From the NCBI GenBank assembly GCA_964392775.1, contig CAYMRD010000010.1:10834-74833 (forward strand): 64,000 nucleotides of DNA, read 5' to 3'. Position 1 is the stretch's first letter, and the number at the start of each line of letters is the position of its first letter. This stretch comes from an uncultured Bifidobacteriaceae bacterium (GTDB taxonomy: Bacteria > Bacteroidota > Bacteroidia > UKL13-3). The translations under genes were made by a program, and so were the position numbers. Positions 21,107-31,232 of this stretch are shown one piece after another. Below the pieces are notes generated by a model, which worked only from the letters and a program-made list of their open reading frames with translations, was not told the DNA's origin and ran no database searches.

Positions 21107-21517
21107 CAGCTCACCAACAAAATCGTATTCAAAGGTATGTTAAGCAGTTATGTTCCTTTTTCACATCTGAAAAACTCATCCATTGAAATCCGAAACAACA
21201 TCTTAAACATAGTTGCCGTAGATCAAAATGGCGACATGCTTCAAATTAAAGGGGTACCTGTTTCGAAAGTGCAAAACGGCATACTGTCCCCCGCTGAATT
21301 CAGAACCATTTATATTTCCGAAAAAAATGGCATCCACCATGATGATGACGATACAAACCCTAACTCATTACTGGAAATAAAATGCAACGACAATAAACCG
21401 GGGTCCCTAATTTCAGTTGGCCTCAAAACAACCCTTATAATGAATGGAAAAGCGATTAGAGTATACGCAACCCTTTCAGGTATTCTCCCCTCCTACATTT
21501 ATACCGAGCAGAATTAA
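21029..21517 (+). CDS. Hypothetical secreted protein (signal peptide; Asp-rich HHDDDD stretch). It ends 4 nt before the S8 protease start and is probably co-transcribed with it.
   Basis: MRCSLQNILFCTLLCVLCSFTKG signal-like N-terminus. No recognisable domain. Confidence 0.4.
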   Translation: MRCSLQNILFCTLLCVLCSFTKGPEQQLTNKIVFKGMLSSYVPFSHLKNSSIEIRNNILNIVAVDQNGDMLQIKGVPVSKVQNGILSPAEFRTIYISEKNGIHHDDDDTNPNSLLEIKCNDNKPGSLISVGLKTTLIMNGKAIRVYATLSGILPSYIYTEQN

Positions 21518-21520
21518 GCC

Positions 21521-24500
21521 ATGATGTGTGTCAAGAAATCAGTTGTTTTATTATTTGTGGCCTGTGCAACAACTTCAATTGCCCAACAATCCGTAAGTCC
21601 TGCTTCCGGTCCTGTTACCAACCTAAAGGTGATGGAAGAACAGTTTCGCCAGCAATTTGAACTAAACCGGGTGAAGGCCGAAAAAATTGCGCAAGAAACA
21701 GGTATCCCCTTACGCCAAAACCTTGAAAACGGACGCATTGCAGGGTTTTATGGATTCACCCCAACCGGACAAATGTTGTTTTACGAAACGCAGAATCTTG
21801 GTGCTGCAAGAACTGTTTCTACCCATAAGGTATGGCCCGGAGGAACAGCAGGTACTGCCCTTACCGGAAATGGCATGACCAACAGACTGGGGGTTTGGGA
21901 TGCGGGGGCCGTATTAACCACTCATCAGGAATTTGGCGGCCGCGTGACACAGGCAGACGGGGCTACCACATTAAGCGCCCATTCAACACATGTGGCCGGA
22001 ACACTGGTAGCAGCAGGTGTGGACCCTAATGCAAAAGGAATGTCATACCAGGCTCCGCTAAAAGCTTATGACTGGGACCTTGACGAAAGCGAGATGACCG
22101 CGGCTGCGGCAGCAGGTATGCTTGTTTCCAATCACTCTTATGGAACAATATGCGGATGGAGATGGAATAGCGACATATCGAAATGGGAATGGTGGGGCGA
22201 TGCATCCGTAAGCCAAACCGAAGATTATAAATTTGGATTTTATGATTATCAATCGGCCGACTGGGATAACATCGCATTGAACAATCCTTTTTATCTTATT
22301 TGCAAATCAGCCGGTAACGACCGCAGTGATAATATATCAGGTGGTACATCTCATTTGGTTCGTGATCCATACAACAACTGGGTTAGCAGCAATACGGTTC
22401 GCAATCAGGATGGGGGTACAACAGGTTTCGACTGTATACTTCCCTCTTCAACATCCAAGAACATTCTGACCGTAGGGGCCATTCAAAAAATAAACAACAG
22501 CAATACCAACGATGGGTACGTAAACGCAGCAGGAGTAGTGATGAGTTCTTTCAGCGGCTGGGGACCTACAGACGATGGCCGCATTAAGCCTGACTTGGTT
22601 GGAGCAGGTGTCAGCATATACTCAACCGGGCCGGCATCAAACACCGCGTATTTAAGCGGCTACAACGGAACATCTATGGCTGCTCCTAATGTTGCAGGTT
22701 CACTTCTGTTGGTTCAACAACACTATAACAATTGCAAAGGTACTTTCATGCGAGCGTCAACACTCAAAGCTTTAGCCATTCATACCGCAGATGAAGCTGG
22801 AACAAGTGAGGGGCCTGATTACAAATTTGGCTGGGGATTGCTCAATACGGCAAAAGCTGTTCAGTTAATTTCTGATTCCAGTAACAATATGATTTTGGAG
22901 AAATCATTGAACAATGGAAGCTCGTACACGCAAGGTATCTCCAACGATGGATTAACACCTCTTAAAGTAACCATCTGCTGGACTGACCGCCCGGGAACAC
23001 CTGCAAAAATTGCAGTTGACCCTACCAATTTAATGCTGGTAAACGACCTTGATATTCGTGTAACGCGAATATCAGACAATATGGTGTTTTATCCGTATGT
23101 TTTGAATCCGGCAAGTCCGGCTGATGCAGCCACTAAAGCAGATAATTTCCGTGATAATGTTGAACAGGTATACATAGCTGCTCCAGCTGCCGGTTCGTAT
23201 ATGATTTCGGTAACTCATAAAGCCAATTTATACAACAATCAGGCTCAACACTTTTCATTAATCATCGGAGGTATTGTTGGCAATCCTGCGGCTGCGTTTT
23301 CTGTTAATAACAAATCGGTTTGTACCGGACAAGTTGTTACGTATACTGATAATTCGGGTGGTAATCCAACCTCACGAGTTTGGACCTTCCCCGGAGGAAC
23401 TCCATCAACTGCTACAACAGCTACAGTTAATGTAACCTATGCATTACAGGGAACATACTCCGCTTCCTTAAAGGTAACCAACGCTAAGGGTTCCGATTCT
23501 GTATTTCAGCAAAATGTAGTTGGGGTTGGAGGTTTGGCATTGCCTTTTCTGGAAACATTTGAACCCAACTCCCCTACGCTTACCAGCTGGACAATTGGCA
23601 ATCCTGATGCAGATACCACCTGGCGACTGGCAACCATTGGCGGAAACACTCCCGGAAATACGGCATACTGTATGCCATTTTACAATACCAACAAGGATGG
23701 TAGCCGCGACCAGCTCACCTCTCCTCCTCTCAGTTTCAAAGAATCCCACAACACATCTTTATCATTCAAACACGCATACACGAATTTTTTTTCAGGAGAA
23801 ACTGATTCTCTGATTGTACTCATATCCACCAACTGTGGGACTACATGGACAAGGCTTCTCGCCCTGGGTGAAAATGGAACCAATAACTTTAAAACAGCAC
23901 CAACATCAATGGCTCAGTTTATCCCTGCCCACACATCAGAGTGGTGTAACACAAACTGCAATACCATAAACCTAAGTGCCTATGATGGAATGAATGATGT
24001 ACGCATTCGCTTTGAGGCTTATAACACCTACAACAATAACTTGTATTTAGACAACATCAATATTACAGGAACGGCAATCCAACCTGTTGTAAAATTTGGT
24101 ACACTTCAAACAACAGTTTGTGCAGGAAACCCTGTACAATTCCGTGATTCCAGTGATAATTATCCTACATCGTGGCAATGGACATTTACCGGAGCAGCCG
24201 CTGAAAATGTAACCTCACAACATCCTTTGGTTACTTATAATGTACCCGGAACATATACTGTTAAGCTTAAAGCTGCCAACAGTGGAGGTTCAGACAGCTT
24301 AACCAAAAATGCTTATATAACGGTATTGTCCTCACCAAATATTCCCAATATCACAAGCAACCGAACCGGTAAATGTATTGGTGACAGTATTCTCATATCC
24401 ACCGATTCTGTTGACAATGGATACCAATGGCTGTTGAACAACAACATTATTCCGGGAGCAGCAACAAACTCTATATATGCCCTGTCGGCCGGTATATACA

Positions 24501-25342
24501 ATGTAAGATTGTTGGGAAACAACGAATGTGACCGTAACTCAAACCCGCTCTCTATTATAGAGGGAACCAAACCCGGTCAGCCTGTTGTAACATCAAACCT
24601 AACTACAACTGCATTCTGTCAGGGAACAACCGCCATACTAACTTCAAGTGCTGCATCAGGCAATCAATGGTTAAAAAACGGAACTGCTGTAACCGGAGCC
24701 GTTAACAAAATATTCCCTGCTCAGGACTCAGGCGCATATTCTGTAATCACAATAAATTCGGGTTGCCCCAGCGACACATCAAACACGCTCTCTCTGAGCC
24801 TCAAACCCAAACCGGTTACATCAGCAATAAGTGGAGAAGCGAACCCTTTTTACAACAGTGTTCAATCCTATATGGTTGTTCCAACATCAGGTTCAAGCTA
24901 TGCATGGACCGTCACAAATGGAACCCCATCCTCAACTAGCAATACAACAGGCAGTTTAGAAGTCGCATGGGGAACCCAACCTACGGGTAAAGTTGCTGTA
25001 ACCGAATATGCGGATAATGGTTGTGCCAGTGATACCCAAACACTGTCGATAACCCTGACTCCCGCAACAGGAATCGCTCAGGAAAACTGGATGAATTCGG
25101 TATCTGTTTATCCGAATCCTGTCAACACACAGCTAACGGTTTCATTTGCGCAAACACTAACTCAAACAACCGAAGTACGTGTTGTAAATATTTTGGGGCA
25201 AACGCTTCAGAGTAACATCATTCAAACACCATCAGCGGGTTCTGTCCATACCATTGATATGAGCCGGTTGAACCCGGGACTGTATATTATTGAGATAGAA
25301 CAACCGGGCGGCATCAAACAAGTGCGGGTGATGAAACGTTAA
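21521..25342 (+). CDS. Subtilisin-like S8 serine protease with MAM-like and at least two PKD / multiple Ig-like domains and a T9SS C-terminal sorting domain
   Basis: Catalytic triad contexts GVWDAG (Asp), HSTHVAGTL (His) and GTSMAAPNVAG (Ser). PKD motifs (VCTGQVVTYTDNS...WTFPGG ; VCAGNPVQFRDSS...WQWTFTG). C-terminal VSVYPNPVNTQLTVSF...LYIIEIEQ T9SS CTD. Confidence 0.85.
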   Translation: MMCVKKSVVLLFVACATTSIAQQSVSPASGPVTNLKVMEEQFRQQFELNRVKAEKIAQETGIPLRQNLENGRIAGFYGFTPTGQMLFYETQNLGAARTVSTHKVWPGGTAGTALTGNGMTNRLGVWDAGAVLTTHQEFGGRVTQADGATTLSAHSTHVAGTLVAAGVDPNAKGMSYQAPLKAYDWDLDESEMTAAAAAGMLVSNHSYGTICGWRWNSDISKWEWWGDASVSQTEDYKFGFYDYQSADWDNIALNNPFYLICKSAGNDRSDNISGGTSHLVRDPYNNWVSSNTVRNQDGGTTGFDCILPSSTSKNILTVGAIQKINNSNTNDGYVNAAGVVMSSFSGWGPTDDGRIKPDLVGAGVSIYSTGPASNTAYLSGYNGTSMAAPNVAGSLLLVQQHYNNCKGTFMRASTLKALAIHTADEAGTSEGPDYKFGWGLLNTAKAVQLISDSSNNMILEKSLNNGSSYTQGISNDGLTPLKVTICWTDRPGTPAKIAVDPTNLMLVNDLDIRVTRISDNMVFYPYVLNPASPADAATKADNFRDNVEQVYIAAPAAGSYMISVTHKANLYNNQAQHFSLIIGGIVGNPAAAFSVNNKSVCTGQVVTYTDNSGGNPTSRVWTFPGGTPSTATTATVNVTYALQGTYSASLKVTNAKGSDSVFQQNVVGVGGLALPFLETFEPNSPTLTSWTIGNPDADTTWRLATIGGNTPGNTAYCMPFYNTNKDGSRDQLTSPPLSFKESHNTSLSFKHAYTNFFSGETDSLIVLISTNCGTTWTRLLALGENGTNNFKTAPTSMAQFIPAHTSEWCNTNCNTINLSAYDGMNDVRIRFEAYNTYNNNLYLDNINITGTAIQPVVKFGTLQTTVCAGNPVQFRDSSDNYPTSWQWTFTGAAAENVTSQHPLVTYNVPGTYTVKLKAANSGGSDSLTKNAYITVLSSPNIPNITSNRTGKCIGDSILISTDSVDNGYQWLLNNNIIPGAATNSIYALSAGIYNVRLLGNNECDRNSNPLSIIEGTKPGQPVVTSNLTTTAFCQGTTAILTSSAASGNQWLKNGTAVTGAVNKIFPAQDSGAYSVITINSGCPSDTSNTLSLSLKPKPVTSAISGEANPFYNSVQSYMVVPTSGSSYAWTVTNGTPSSTSNTTGSLEVAWGTQPTGKVAVTEYADNGCASDTQTLSITLTPATGIAQENWMNSVSVYPNPVNTQLTVSFAQTLTQTTEVRVVNILGQTLQSNIIQTPSAGSVHTIDMSRLNPGLYIIEIEQPGGIKQVRVMKR

Positions 25343-25344
25343 AC

Positions 25345-25380
25345 AAAAAATGGGAACCGGTTAGTTCCCATTTTTGTTTT
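25345..25380. terminator. Bidirectional rho-independent terminator between the S8 protease gene and dusB
   Basis: aaaaaatgggaaccggttagttcccatttttgtttt: perfect 10-bp stem flanked by A and T runs, between convergent genes. Confidence 0.7.
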
Positions 25381-26389
25381 ATGCCGGTTGAAGTATTTGA
25401 GCATAATGCCCGATAACCTGTTCCAGCGTTTCCAGAATTTCATCTTTGCTATTGGCCGTTACAAGCCTGCTTCTGTACTCTTTAAAATGATCGATACCTT
25501 TAAAGTACTGGCTGTAATGTCTTCTCATCTCCACAATACCAACCCAGTCGCCTTTCCATTCAAGGGATCTTAGCAAGTGGGTTTTACATACCTCTACCCT
25601 GTCAATAATGGTTGGGGCTGCTATATGCTCTCCCGTTCTGAAAAAATGTTTGATTTCATTAAAAATCCAGGGGTATCCGATAGCTGCACGCCCAATCATG
25701 ATTCCATCTACACCATACCTGTTTTTATACTCGAGGGCTTTTTCGGGTGTATCAATGTCACCATTTCCAAAAACCGGAATCTTTATGCGCGGATTGTTTT
25801 TGATTTTGGCAATCAGGGCCCAGTCGGCTTCGCCTTTATACATTTGCGCGCGTGTACGGCCATGCACCGAAAGTGCCTGAATACCCACATCCTGCAAACG
25901 CTCCGCAACTTCTTCTACATTTTTGCTGTTTTCATCCCAGCCCAGACGTGTTTTTACAGTAACAGGTAATGAAGTCGATTTCACCACAGCCTCCGTTATC
26001 TTTACCATTTTGGGAAGATCTTTTAAAATTCCGGCACCGGCTCCTTTACACACTACCTTTTTTACCGGACAGCCAAAATTGATGTCCACCAAATCAGGAT
26101 TGACGGCATCTACAATTTGGGCCGACAACGCCATGCTCTCTTCATCTCCTCCAAAAATCTGAATCCCCACAGGGCGCTCGTAGTCGAAAACATCAAGCTT
26201 CTGACGGCTTTTAATCGCATCACGAATCAATCCCTCACTCGAAATGAACTCCGTATACATCAAATCTGCTCCGTGCTGTTTGCACACAGCCCTGAATGGC
26301 GGATCACTTACATCCTCCATCGGAGCAAGCAATAAAGGAAATTCCCCGAGCTCTATGTTACCAATTTTTACCATTGTATATTGCGGCAA
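25379..26389 (-). CDS. dusB: tRNA-dihydrouridine synthase (DusB family)
   Basis: TIM-barrel Dus motifs LAPMEDVSDPPFR, the conserved GCP(V/Q)KKV Cys context and GRAAIGYPWIF. Confidence 0.85.
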   Translation of the reverse strand: MPQYTMVKIGNIELGEFPLLLAPMEDVSDPPFRAVCKQHGADLMYTEFISSEGLIRDAIKSRQKLDVFDYERPVGIQIFGGDEESMALSAQIVDAVNPDLVDINFGCPVKKVVCKGAGAGILKDLPKMVKITEAVVKSTSLPVTVKTRLGWDENSKNVEEVAERLQDVGIQALSVHGRTRAQMYKGEADWALIAKIKNNPRIKIPVFGNGDIDTPEKALEYKNRYGVDGIMIGRAAIGYPWIFNEIKHFFRTGEHIAAPTIIDRVEVCKTHLLRSLEWKGDWVGIVEMRRHYSQYFKGIDHFKEYRSRLVTANSKDEILETLEQVIGHYAQILQPA

Positions 26390-27352
26390 AAATACAATAA
26401 AATGTCGGAAAACGCTGCTAATCCACTCAAACGCTGGTGGTTCTTCATTTCACGCTTGTTTGTGCTGGGCGGTATGATGCTGTTTTTTTCATCATTGGCC
26501 TATATCGTTTCTGCATATTGCTGTAACTGGTTTTGGGGCGTAAACCTGATTGAACATCCTGAGTTGGTCAATAATTTCAGTTCAGACCCAATAGTGCTTA
26601 ATGCCGTAAAGTTTTTGCAGGTAGCTCTTACCATAGGCATGATGATTATCCCGGCCCAATTGTTCCCTAAAGCCATTGAGCAGGATTCCAATACCTTTCT
26701 GCAACTCAAAACATCCGTAAAGCCTGTTCATTTATTGCTTGCTGTTGCCATTACCCTTGCAGCCACACCAATGGTATCATGGATGGTAGAGTTCAACAGC
26801 AAACTAACCTTTCCGGCTGCATTAGCCGAATTGGAAGCTTCTCTGAGAGCCTCCGAAGAGCTTGCTGCTCAACTGACCAATGCGTTTGTGCAGGGAACAA
26901 CCCTTTCCGATTTAGGCATTAATCTGTTAGTGATTGCTGTGGTACCGGCCATAGCCGAAGAACTTTTATTTCGTGGAGCCATCCAGCAATTCATCCGAAT
27001 GGTTTTTGGAAATATTCATGTTTCAGTAATTGTAACTGCCGCTATTTTCAGTGCTTTCCACGGACAGATATTTGGATTCCTCCCACGTATGGCTCTTGGT
27101 ATTTTATTGGGATATTTGTTTGTATACAGCGGCAGCATCTGGCCTTCCATTCTTGCTCATTTCATCAACAATGCCATTTCTGTTTGCATCAGCCACTTTA
27201 AACTTGACGAACAAACAGCAAGCATCTTCAGCGAACAATATCATTTCAGTTTTATTTGGGTGTTGGCAAGCACAGTAATTTGTATCATTCTGGTTATCGT
27301 TTTAAATAAAACACGTTCCACTTATGTTTCTTCACTGGACACCCATTTTTAG
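26381..27352 (+). CDS. CPBP family intramembrane glutamic endopeptidase (CAAX protease / Abi family)
   Basis: Multi-TM protein with the EELLFRG, FSAFHG and HFINN motifs. The true start may be MSEN at ~26402. Confidence 0.75.
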   Translation: MRQKYNKMSENAANPLKRWWFFISRLFVLGGMMLFFSSLAYIVSAYCCNWFWGVNLIEHPELVNNFSSDPIVLNAVKFLQVALTIGMMIIPAQLFPKAIEQDSNTFLQLKTSVKPVHLLLAVAITLAATPMVSWMVEFNSKLTFPAALAELEASLRASEELAAQLTNAFVQGTTLSDLGINLLVIAVVPAIAEELLFRGAIQQFIRMVFGNIHVSVIVTAAIFSAFHGQIFGFLPRMALGILLGYLFVYSGSIWPSILAHFINNAISVCISHFKLDEQTASIFSEQYHFSFIWVLASTVICIILVIVLNKTRSTYVSSLDTHF

Positions 27353-27539
27353 TACCGCCAACCCATTGGAAGCCGGCATGGTAGTAAGTATGCTACAGGA
27401 GAATGGCATTGATGCCGTTGAAATGAACAAACGTGATAGCAGTTATCTGTCATTTGGAATGATAGAAGTATATTGCCCCGCAGAAAAAGCCGTTTTGGCC
27501 CTGCATCTTATTCAATCAAACCGAACCGAAAATTCATAA
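27324..27539 (+). CDS. Small DUF2007-like protein (putative signal-transducing protein fold)
   Basis: 71 aa, ...ANPLEAGMVVSMLQENGIDAVEMNKRDS... pattern typical of DUF2007. Immediately upstream of cdsA. Confidence 0.45.
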   Translation: MFLHWTPIFSTANPLEAGMVVSMLQENGIDAVEMNKRDSSYLSFGMIEVYCPAEKAVLALHLIQSNRTENS

Positions 27540-27541
27540 AT

Positions 27542-28363
27542 ATGAAAAGTAATTTTGTGCAACGTGCGCTTACCGGAAGCCTATTTGTAACTGCCGCTGC
27601 CGGTTGTACGCTATTAAGCGAATGGTCGTATTTCATCCTCATGTTTGCCATTAACTTTTTGTGTCTGCTCGAGTTTTACGAATTGGTTTTACCCGATAAA
27701 AGATGGATTGAAAAATACCTTGGCATTATTGCCGGATCTCTCATTTTTATCATGTTTGCCTCTATTTTTTCGGCTGATTTATCCCTTGCCTGGTATTACC
27801 ATATCATTCCTATTTTCCTGTTGATGTTCATCATTAAACTGTTTGAAAACTCGAATAACGAATTTTCAACCCTGGCCTTTCAGGTACTGGGATTGGTGTA
27901 TATCACCATGCCCTTGGTGATGCTCACCAAAATGGGATATATCAACTCATTTGAATACAGTTCGGGATTACCAATGGGATTTTTCATCTTGCTCTGGACC
28001 AGCGATACCGGAGCTTATTTAGCCGGGCGCTCATTCGGACGACATAAATTATTTGAACGTGTATCGCCTAAAAAAACATGGGAAGGCAGTATTGGCGGAG
28101 TCATTTTGGTGAGTATCGTAGCTTATGTATTATCACGATTTGAATTGTTTGATGCCGTAGATACCCTCGACTGGCTTATCATCGGATTTTTGATTGTTGT
28201 ATTCGGAACCTTTGGCGATTTGTTTGAATCATTGCTCAAACGCAATCTTCACATCAAAGACTCAGGCACCATTTTACCGGGCCACGGTGGCGTGCTCGAC
28301 CGTTTTGACGGTTTGTTTTTAGCTGCTCCTGCCGTATTCTTTTATTTGTTGTTTACCAATTAA
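27542..28363 (+). CDS. cdsA: Phosphatidate cytidylyltransferase (CDP-diglyceride synthase)
   Basis: C-terminal CTP_transf_1 signature WTSDTGAYLAGRSFGRHKL...SPKKTWEGSIGG...GHGGVLDRFD. The start is taken at MKSNFVQRALTG (27542) inside the longer ORF that begins at 27473. Confidence 0.85.
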   Translation: MKSNFVQRALTGSLFVTAAAGCTLLSEWSYFILMFAINFLCLLEFYELVLPDKRWIEKYLGIIAGSLIFIMFASIFSADLSLAWYYHIIPIFLLMFIIKLFENSNNEFSTLAFQVLGLVYITMPLVMLTKMGYINSFEYSSGLPMGFFILLWTSDTGAYLAGRSFGRHKLFERVSPKKTWEGSIGGVILVSIVAYVLSRFELFDAVDTLDWLIIGFLIVVFGTFGDLFESLLKRNLHIKDSGTILPGHGGVLDRFDGLFLAAPAVFFYLLFTN

Positions 28364-28369
28364 CCGTAC

Positions 28370-28900
28370 ATGAAACTCTTTAAAGTATACCTTATTATAG
28401 CTTTGATTGTGGGTGCGTTTGTGGGCATCTCCCGCTTTTTTTCTCCATCGTACCGTGTGCAGGAAACCATTGTGGTGAACAAACCGATTGACCAAACTTT
28501 TGCTTATATGAGCAATATGAAAAACTGGGAACAGTGGAGCTTGTGGAACAAAACACTCGACAGCACTTTGTTTATTTTTTATACGCCCAAAGCCGACTCC
28601 TTGGGAGCCCGCCAGTACCTTGCAGGTGAACTAATCGGAAAAGGATTTATTGAAATCAATCAGTATGTGGCTTCTCACTATTTAGGCTACCGCATGACGC
28701 TGCGTGAAGGAGAAATTACCGCCAATGGTGCTTTTGAATTTACTGACATCAGCGGAACACAAACCCAGATTGCATGGATTGATTCGGGCAATGTGGGAAA
28801 TAACCCCATTAAACGCTACATGATTCCGTTTGTGACCAAAAGTACAGCCGAAACCTTCCGCACCGGACTGGCCCGTATCAAAACAGCTATCGAGCAATAA
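28370..28900 (+). CDS. SRPBCC (START/Bet v1-like) superfamily hypothetical protein
   Basis: N-terminal TM/anchor followed by a ~150-aa region with polyketide-cyclase/SRPBCC-like spacing. Weak assignment. Confidence 0.4.
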   Translation: MKLFKVYLIIALIVGAFVGISRFFSPSYRVQETIVVNKPIDQTFAYMSNMKNWEQWSLWNKTLDSTLFIFYTPKADSLGARQYLAGELIGKGFIEINQYVASHYLGYRMTLREGEITANGAFEFTDISGTQTQIAWIDSGNVGNNPIKRYMIPFVTKSTAETFRTGLARIKTAIEQ

Positions 28901-29274
28901 AAATCATTCCTAAATATCGCTGAAATTCCTTTATTAATAAGCCTTCGCTAATACTTTTAGCAGGAGTTATTTTATACATTTAGAATACTACTAAAAAGGA
29001 GGGACCTTCAGAAAATCCGCCAAAAAATGATCATCAACAGCATGTGCGATGGGCTTAGCTAAGCGTGGCGCGAGTCTCGCCATTCTGAAGTAGACAACAT
29101 AGGCGAGACGCTTGGCACGCGGGGAAATGCGTTGATGTTACATTTTTCAGGATTTTCTGTCAGTCTTGATTTTTTGGTCCTTTTTTATCAAGAAAAAAGG
29201 ACGAAAGAAATTAAATAGATACAACTACTGAACAGCAGATTTTTCTTGAACAAGAATCTCATATCAAAACAAAA

Positions 29275-29432
29275 ACTGACTATCGGGATATTGTCAATTA
29301 AACTTCTTCCATCCTCCGCAGCCCCTAACCCTAAAGGGTGTTCCGCGCACAAGTCTTTTAGAAAGTGTGCGGTTGGTCCCCGCTAGGGGCAGGCGTGCGC
29401 GAGGGCAAGTTGACAATATCCCGATAGTCAGT
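29275..29432. mobile_element. 158-bp MITE-like non-coding element with perfect 23-bp terminal inverted repeats and an 8-bp target-site duplication
   Basis: TIRs actgactatcgggatattgtcaa (29275-29298) and ttgacaatatcccgatagtcagt (29410-29432). Flanked on both sides by aaacaaaa (29267-29274 and 29433-29440). The internal core is homologous to 15056-15124. No ORF. Confidence 0.6.
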
Positions 29433-29442
29433 AAACAAAAAT

Positions 29443-29474
29443 CCCGTTACGACATTCGCAACGGGATTTTTTAT
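29443..29474 (-). terminator. Rho-independent terminator of guaB
   Basis: aaaaatcccgttacgacattcgcaacgggatttttt: 8-bp stem with flanking A/T runs directly 3' of guaB. Confidence 0.7.
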
Positions 29475-29487
29475 ATACGCTCTACTC

Positions 29488-30960
29488 TTATCGTTTGCTA
29501 TAGTTTGGTGCTTCTTTGGTAATGGTCACATCGTGTGCGTGACTTTCTTTTGAACCCGCAGGAGTGATTTTGATAAACTTCGCTTTTTGCAGCGACTTGA
29601 TATCTTTTGCTCCTACATATCCCATACCTGCACGCAATCCGCCTACAAACTGGTAAATCACTTCTTTTAATTCGCCTTTAAACGGTACAATGCCCACAAT
29701 ACCTTCCGGTACAAGCTTTGCAATTTCATCTTCGGCATCCTGAAAATAACGGTCTTTTGAGCCTTCTTTCATCGCCTCAATCGAACCCATTCCTCGGTAT
29801 GATTTGAACTTACGTCCTTCGTATAAAATAGTTTCTCCCGGTGACTCTTCAGTTCCGGCAAACAAACTTCCGCTCATCACAGTACTTGCTCCGGCAGCTA
29901 ATGCTTTCACCACATCTCCACTGTAACGAATACCACCATCGGCAATAACCGGAATACCTGTTCCTTTTAAGGCTTTAGCGGCTTCGTAAATGGCTGTTAA
30001 CTGTGGAACACCAATACCTGCGATAATACGGGTGGTACAAATTGAACCGGGACCAACGCCTACTTTTACGGCATCCACACCGGCAGCAGCAAGGGCTTTT
30101 GCACCTTCACCTGTTGCAACGTTTCCGGCAATGATATCCAGAGTTGGGAACAATTTACGAAGGCGTTTGATTTCCTTCAATACAAAAGCCGAATGTCCGT
30201 GAGCCGTATCAATTGTAATTACATCCACTCCCGCTTTCACCAATGCTGCAATACGATCCTGCGTTTCGGGTGTAACCCCAACAGCCGCACCTACCAATAA
30301 ACGTCCGTGTTTATCTTTACAGGCATTCGGGTTATCGCGCAGCTTTAAAATATCTTTATAGGTAATCAAACCAATCAGTTTACCTTGTTTGTTTACAACA
30401 GGCAACTTCTCGATTTTGTATTTCTGTAAAATTGATTCTGCTTTTTTAAGGTCGGTACCTTCGGGAGCTGTAATGAGATTTGTTTTCGTCATTACCTCGC
30501 TCACCTTTTTGCTCATTACCTTTTCAAAGCGCAAATCGCGGTTGGTAAGGATTCCTACCAATTTATTTTTATCATCAACAATCGGAATACCACCGATTTT
30601 ATTGTCGCTCATCAGTTTCAACGCTTCCTTTAAGGTAGCATTCACCAATAACGTAACCGGATCGAGAATCATTCCACTTTCACTGCGTTTTACCTTACGC
30701 ACTTCTTCAGCCTGACGCTCGATGCTCATGTTTTTGTGCAACATGCCCACTCCCCCTTGTTGCGCCATGGCAATAGCCAAACGCGACTCGGTAACCGTAT
30801 CCATCGCTGCTGAAAGCATCGGGATATTGATTTTTAGATTACGGGTAAGTTGGGTGGCGGTGCTTACTTCTCGAGGAAGTACTTCTGAAAAAGCCGGGAG
30901 AAGCAATACATCATCAAACGTGAGGCCTTCTCCAAAGAATTTATTTTTATCGTTTATCAT
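29488..30960 (-). CDS. guaB: Inosine-5'-monophosphate dehydrogenase
   Basis: IMPDH catalytic loop [11 protein letters not shown], tandem CBS domains, GGIPIVDD and the ...[19 protein letters not shown]... motifs. Confidence 0.95.
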   Translation of the reverse strand: MINDKNKFFGEGLTFDDVLLLPAFSEVLPREVSTATQLTRNLKINIPMLSAAMDTVTESRLAIAMAQQGGVGMLHKNMSIERQAEEVRKVKRSESGMILDPVTLLVNATLKEALKLMSDNKIGGIPIVDDKNKLVGILTNRDLRFEKVMSKKVSEVMTKTNLITAPEGTDLKKAESILQKYKIEKLPVVNKQGKLIGLITYKDILKLRDNPNACKDKHGRLLVGAAVGVTPETQDRIAALVKAGVDVITIDTAHGHSAFVLKEIKRLRKLFPTLDIIAGNVATGEGAKALAAAGVDAVKVGVGPGSICTTRIIAGIGVPQLTAIYEAAKALKGTGIPVIADGGIRYSGDVVKALAAGASTVMSGSLFAGTEESPGETILYEGRKFKSYRGMGSIEAMKEGSKDRYFQDAEDEIAKLVPEGIVGIVPFKGELKEVIYQFVGGLRAGMGYVGAKDIKSLQKAKFIKITPAGSKESHAHDVTITKEAPNYSKR

Positions 30961-31085
30961 GGCAAATAATCGTTTCTATTATTTGCCGTGCGAATCTATG
31001 CTAAATGAATGAATTTAAAACAATAAACTTGCTTAACTGATAAATATCCTAGAAAGCATCTGCTGCATCTACGTTTGATGTCAAT

Positions 31086-31113
31086 AAAAAAAGTCCAGTC
31101 TTTCGACCGGACT
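31086..31113 (-). terminator. Terminator-like hairpin downstream of the Fic gene
   Basis: aaaaaaagtccagtctttcgaccggact: 8/9-bp stem with an A run on + (T run on -), 50 bp 3' of repeat B1. Confidence 0.5.
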
Positions 31114-31163
31114 TGCGAACGAAAAATGGGTAGTATCTCACTACGTGTGTAAGCAGAAAAACG

Positions 31164-31232
31164 AATAACAGTTTACAGTTTGTTGTGATGGCATTCCTCA
31201 GAATTCTACTCAATAGATTATGAACAGGCTCT
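31164..31232. repeat. Repeat B copy 1 (69 bp; identical to 35505-35573)
   Basis: aataacagtttacagtttgttgtgatggcattcctcagaattctactcaatagattatgaacaggctct is present twice in direct orientation. A looser match extends ~15 nt further 5' (ttgcgaacgaaaaa / ttgcgagcgaaaaa), with a 30-nt indel in copy 1. Confidence 0.9.
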
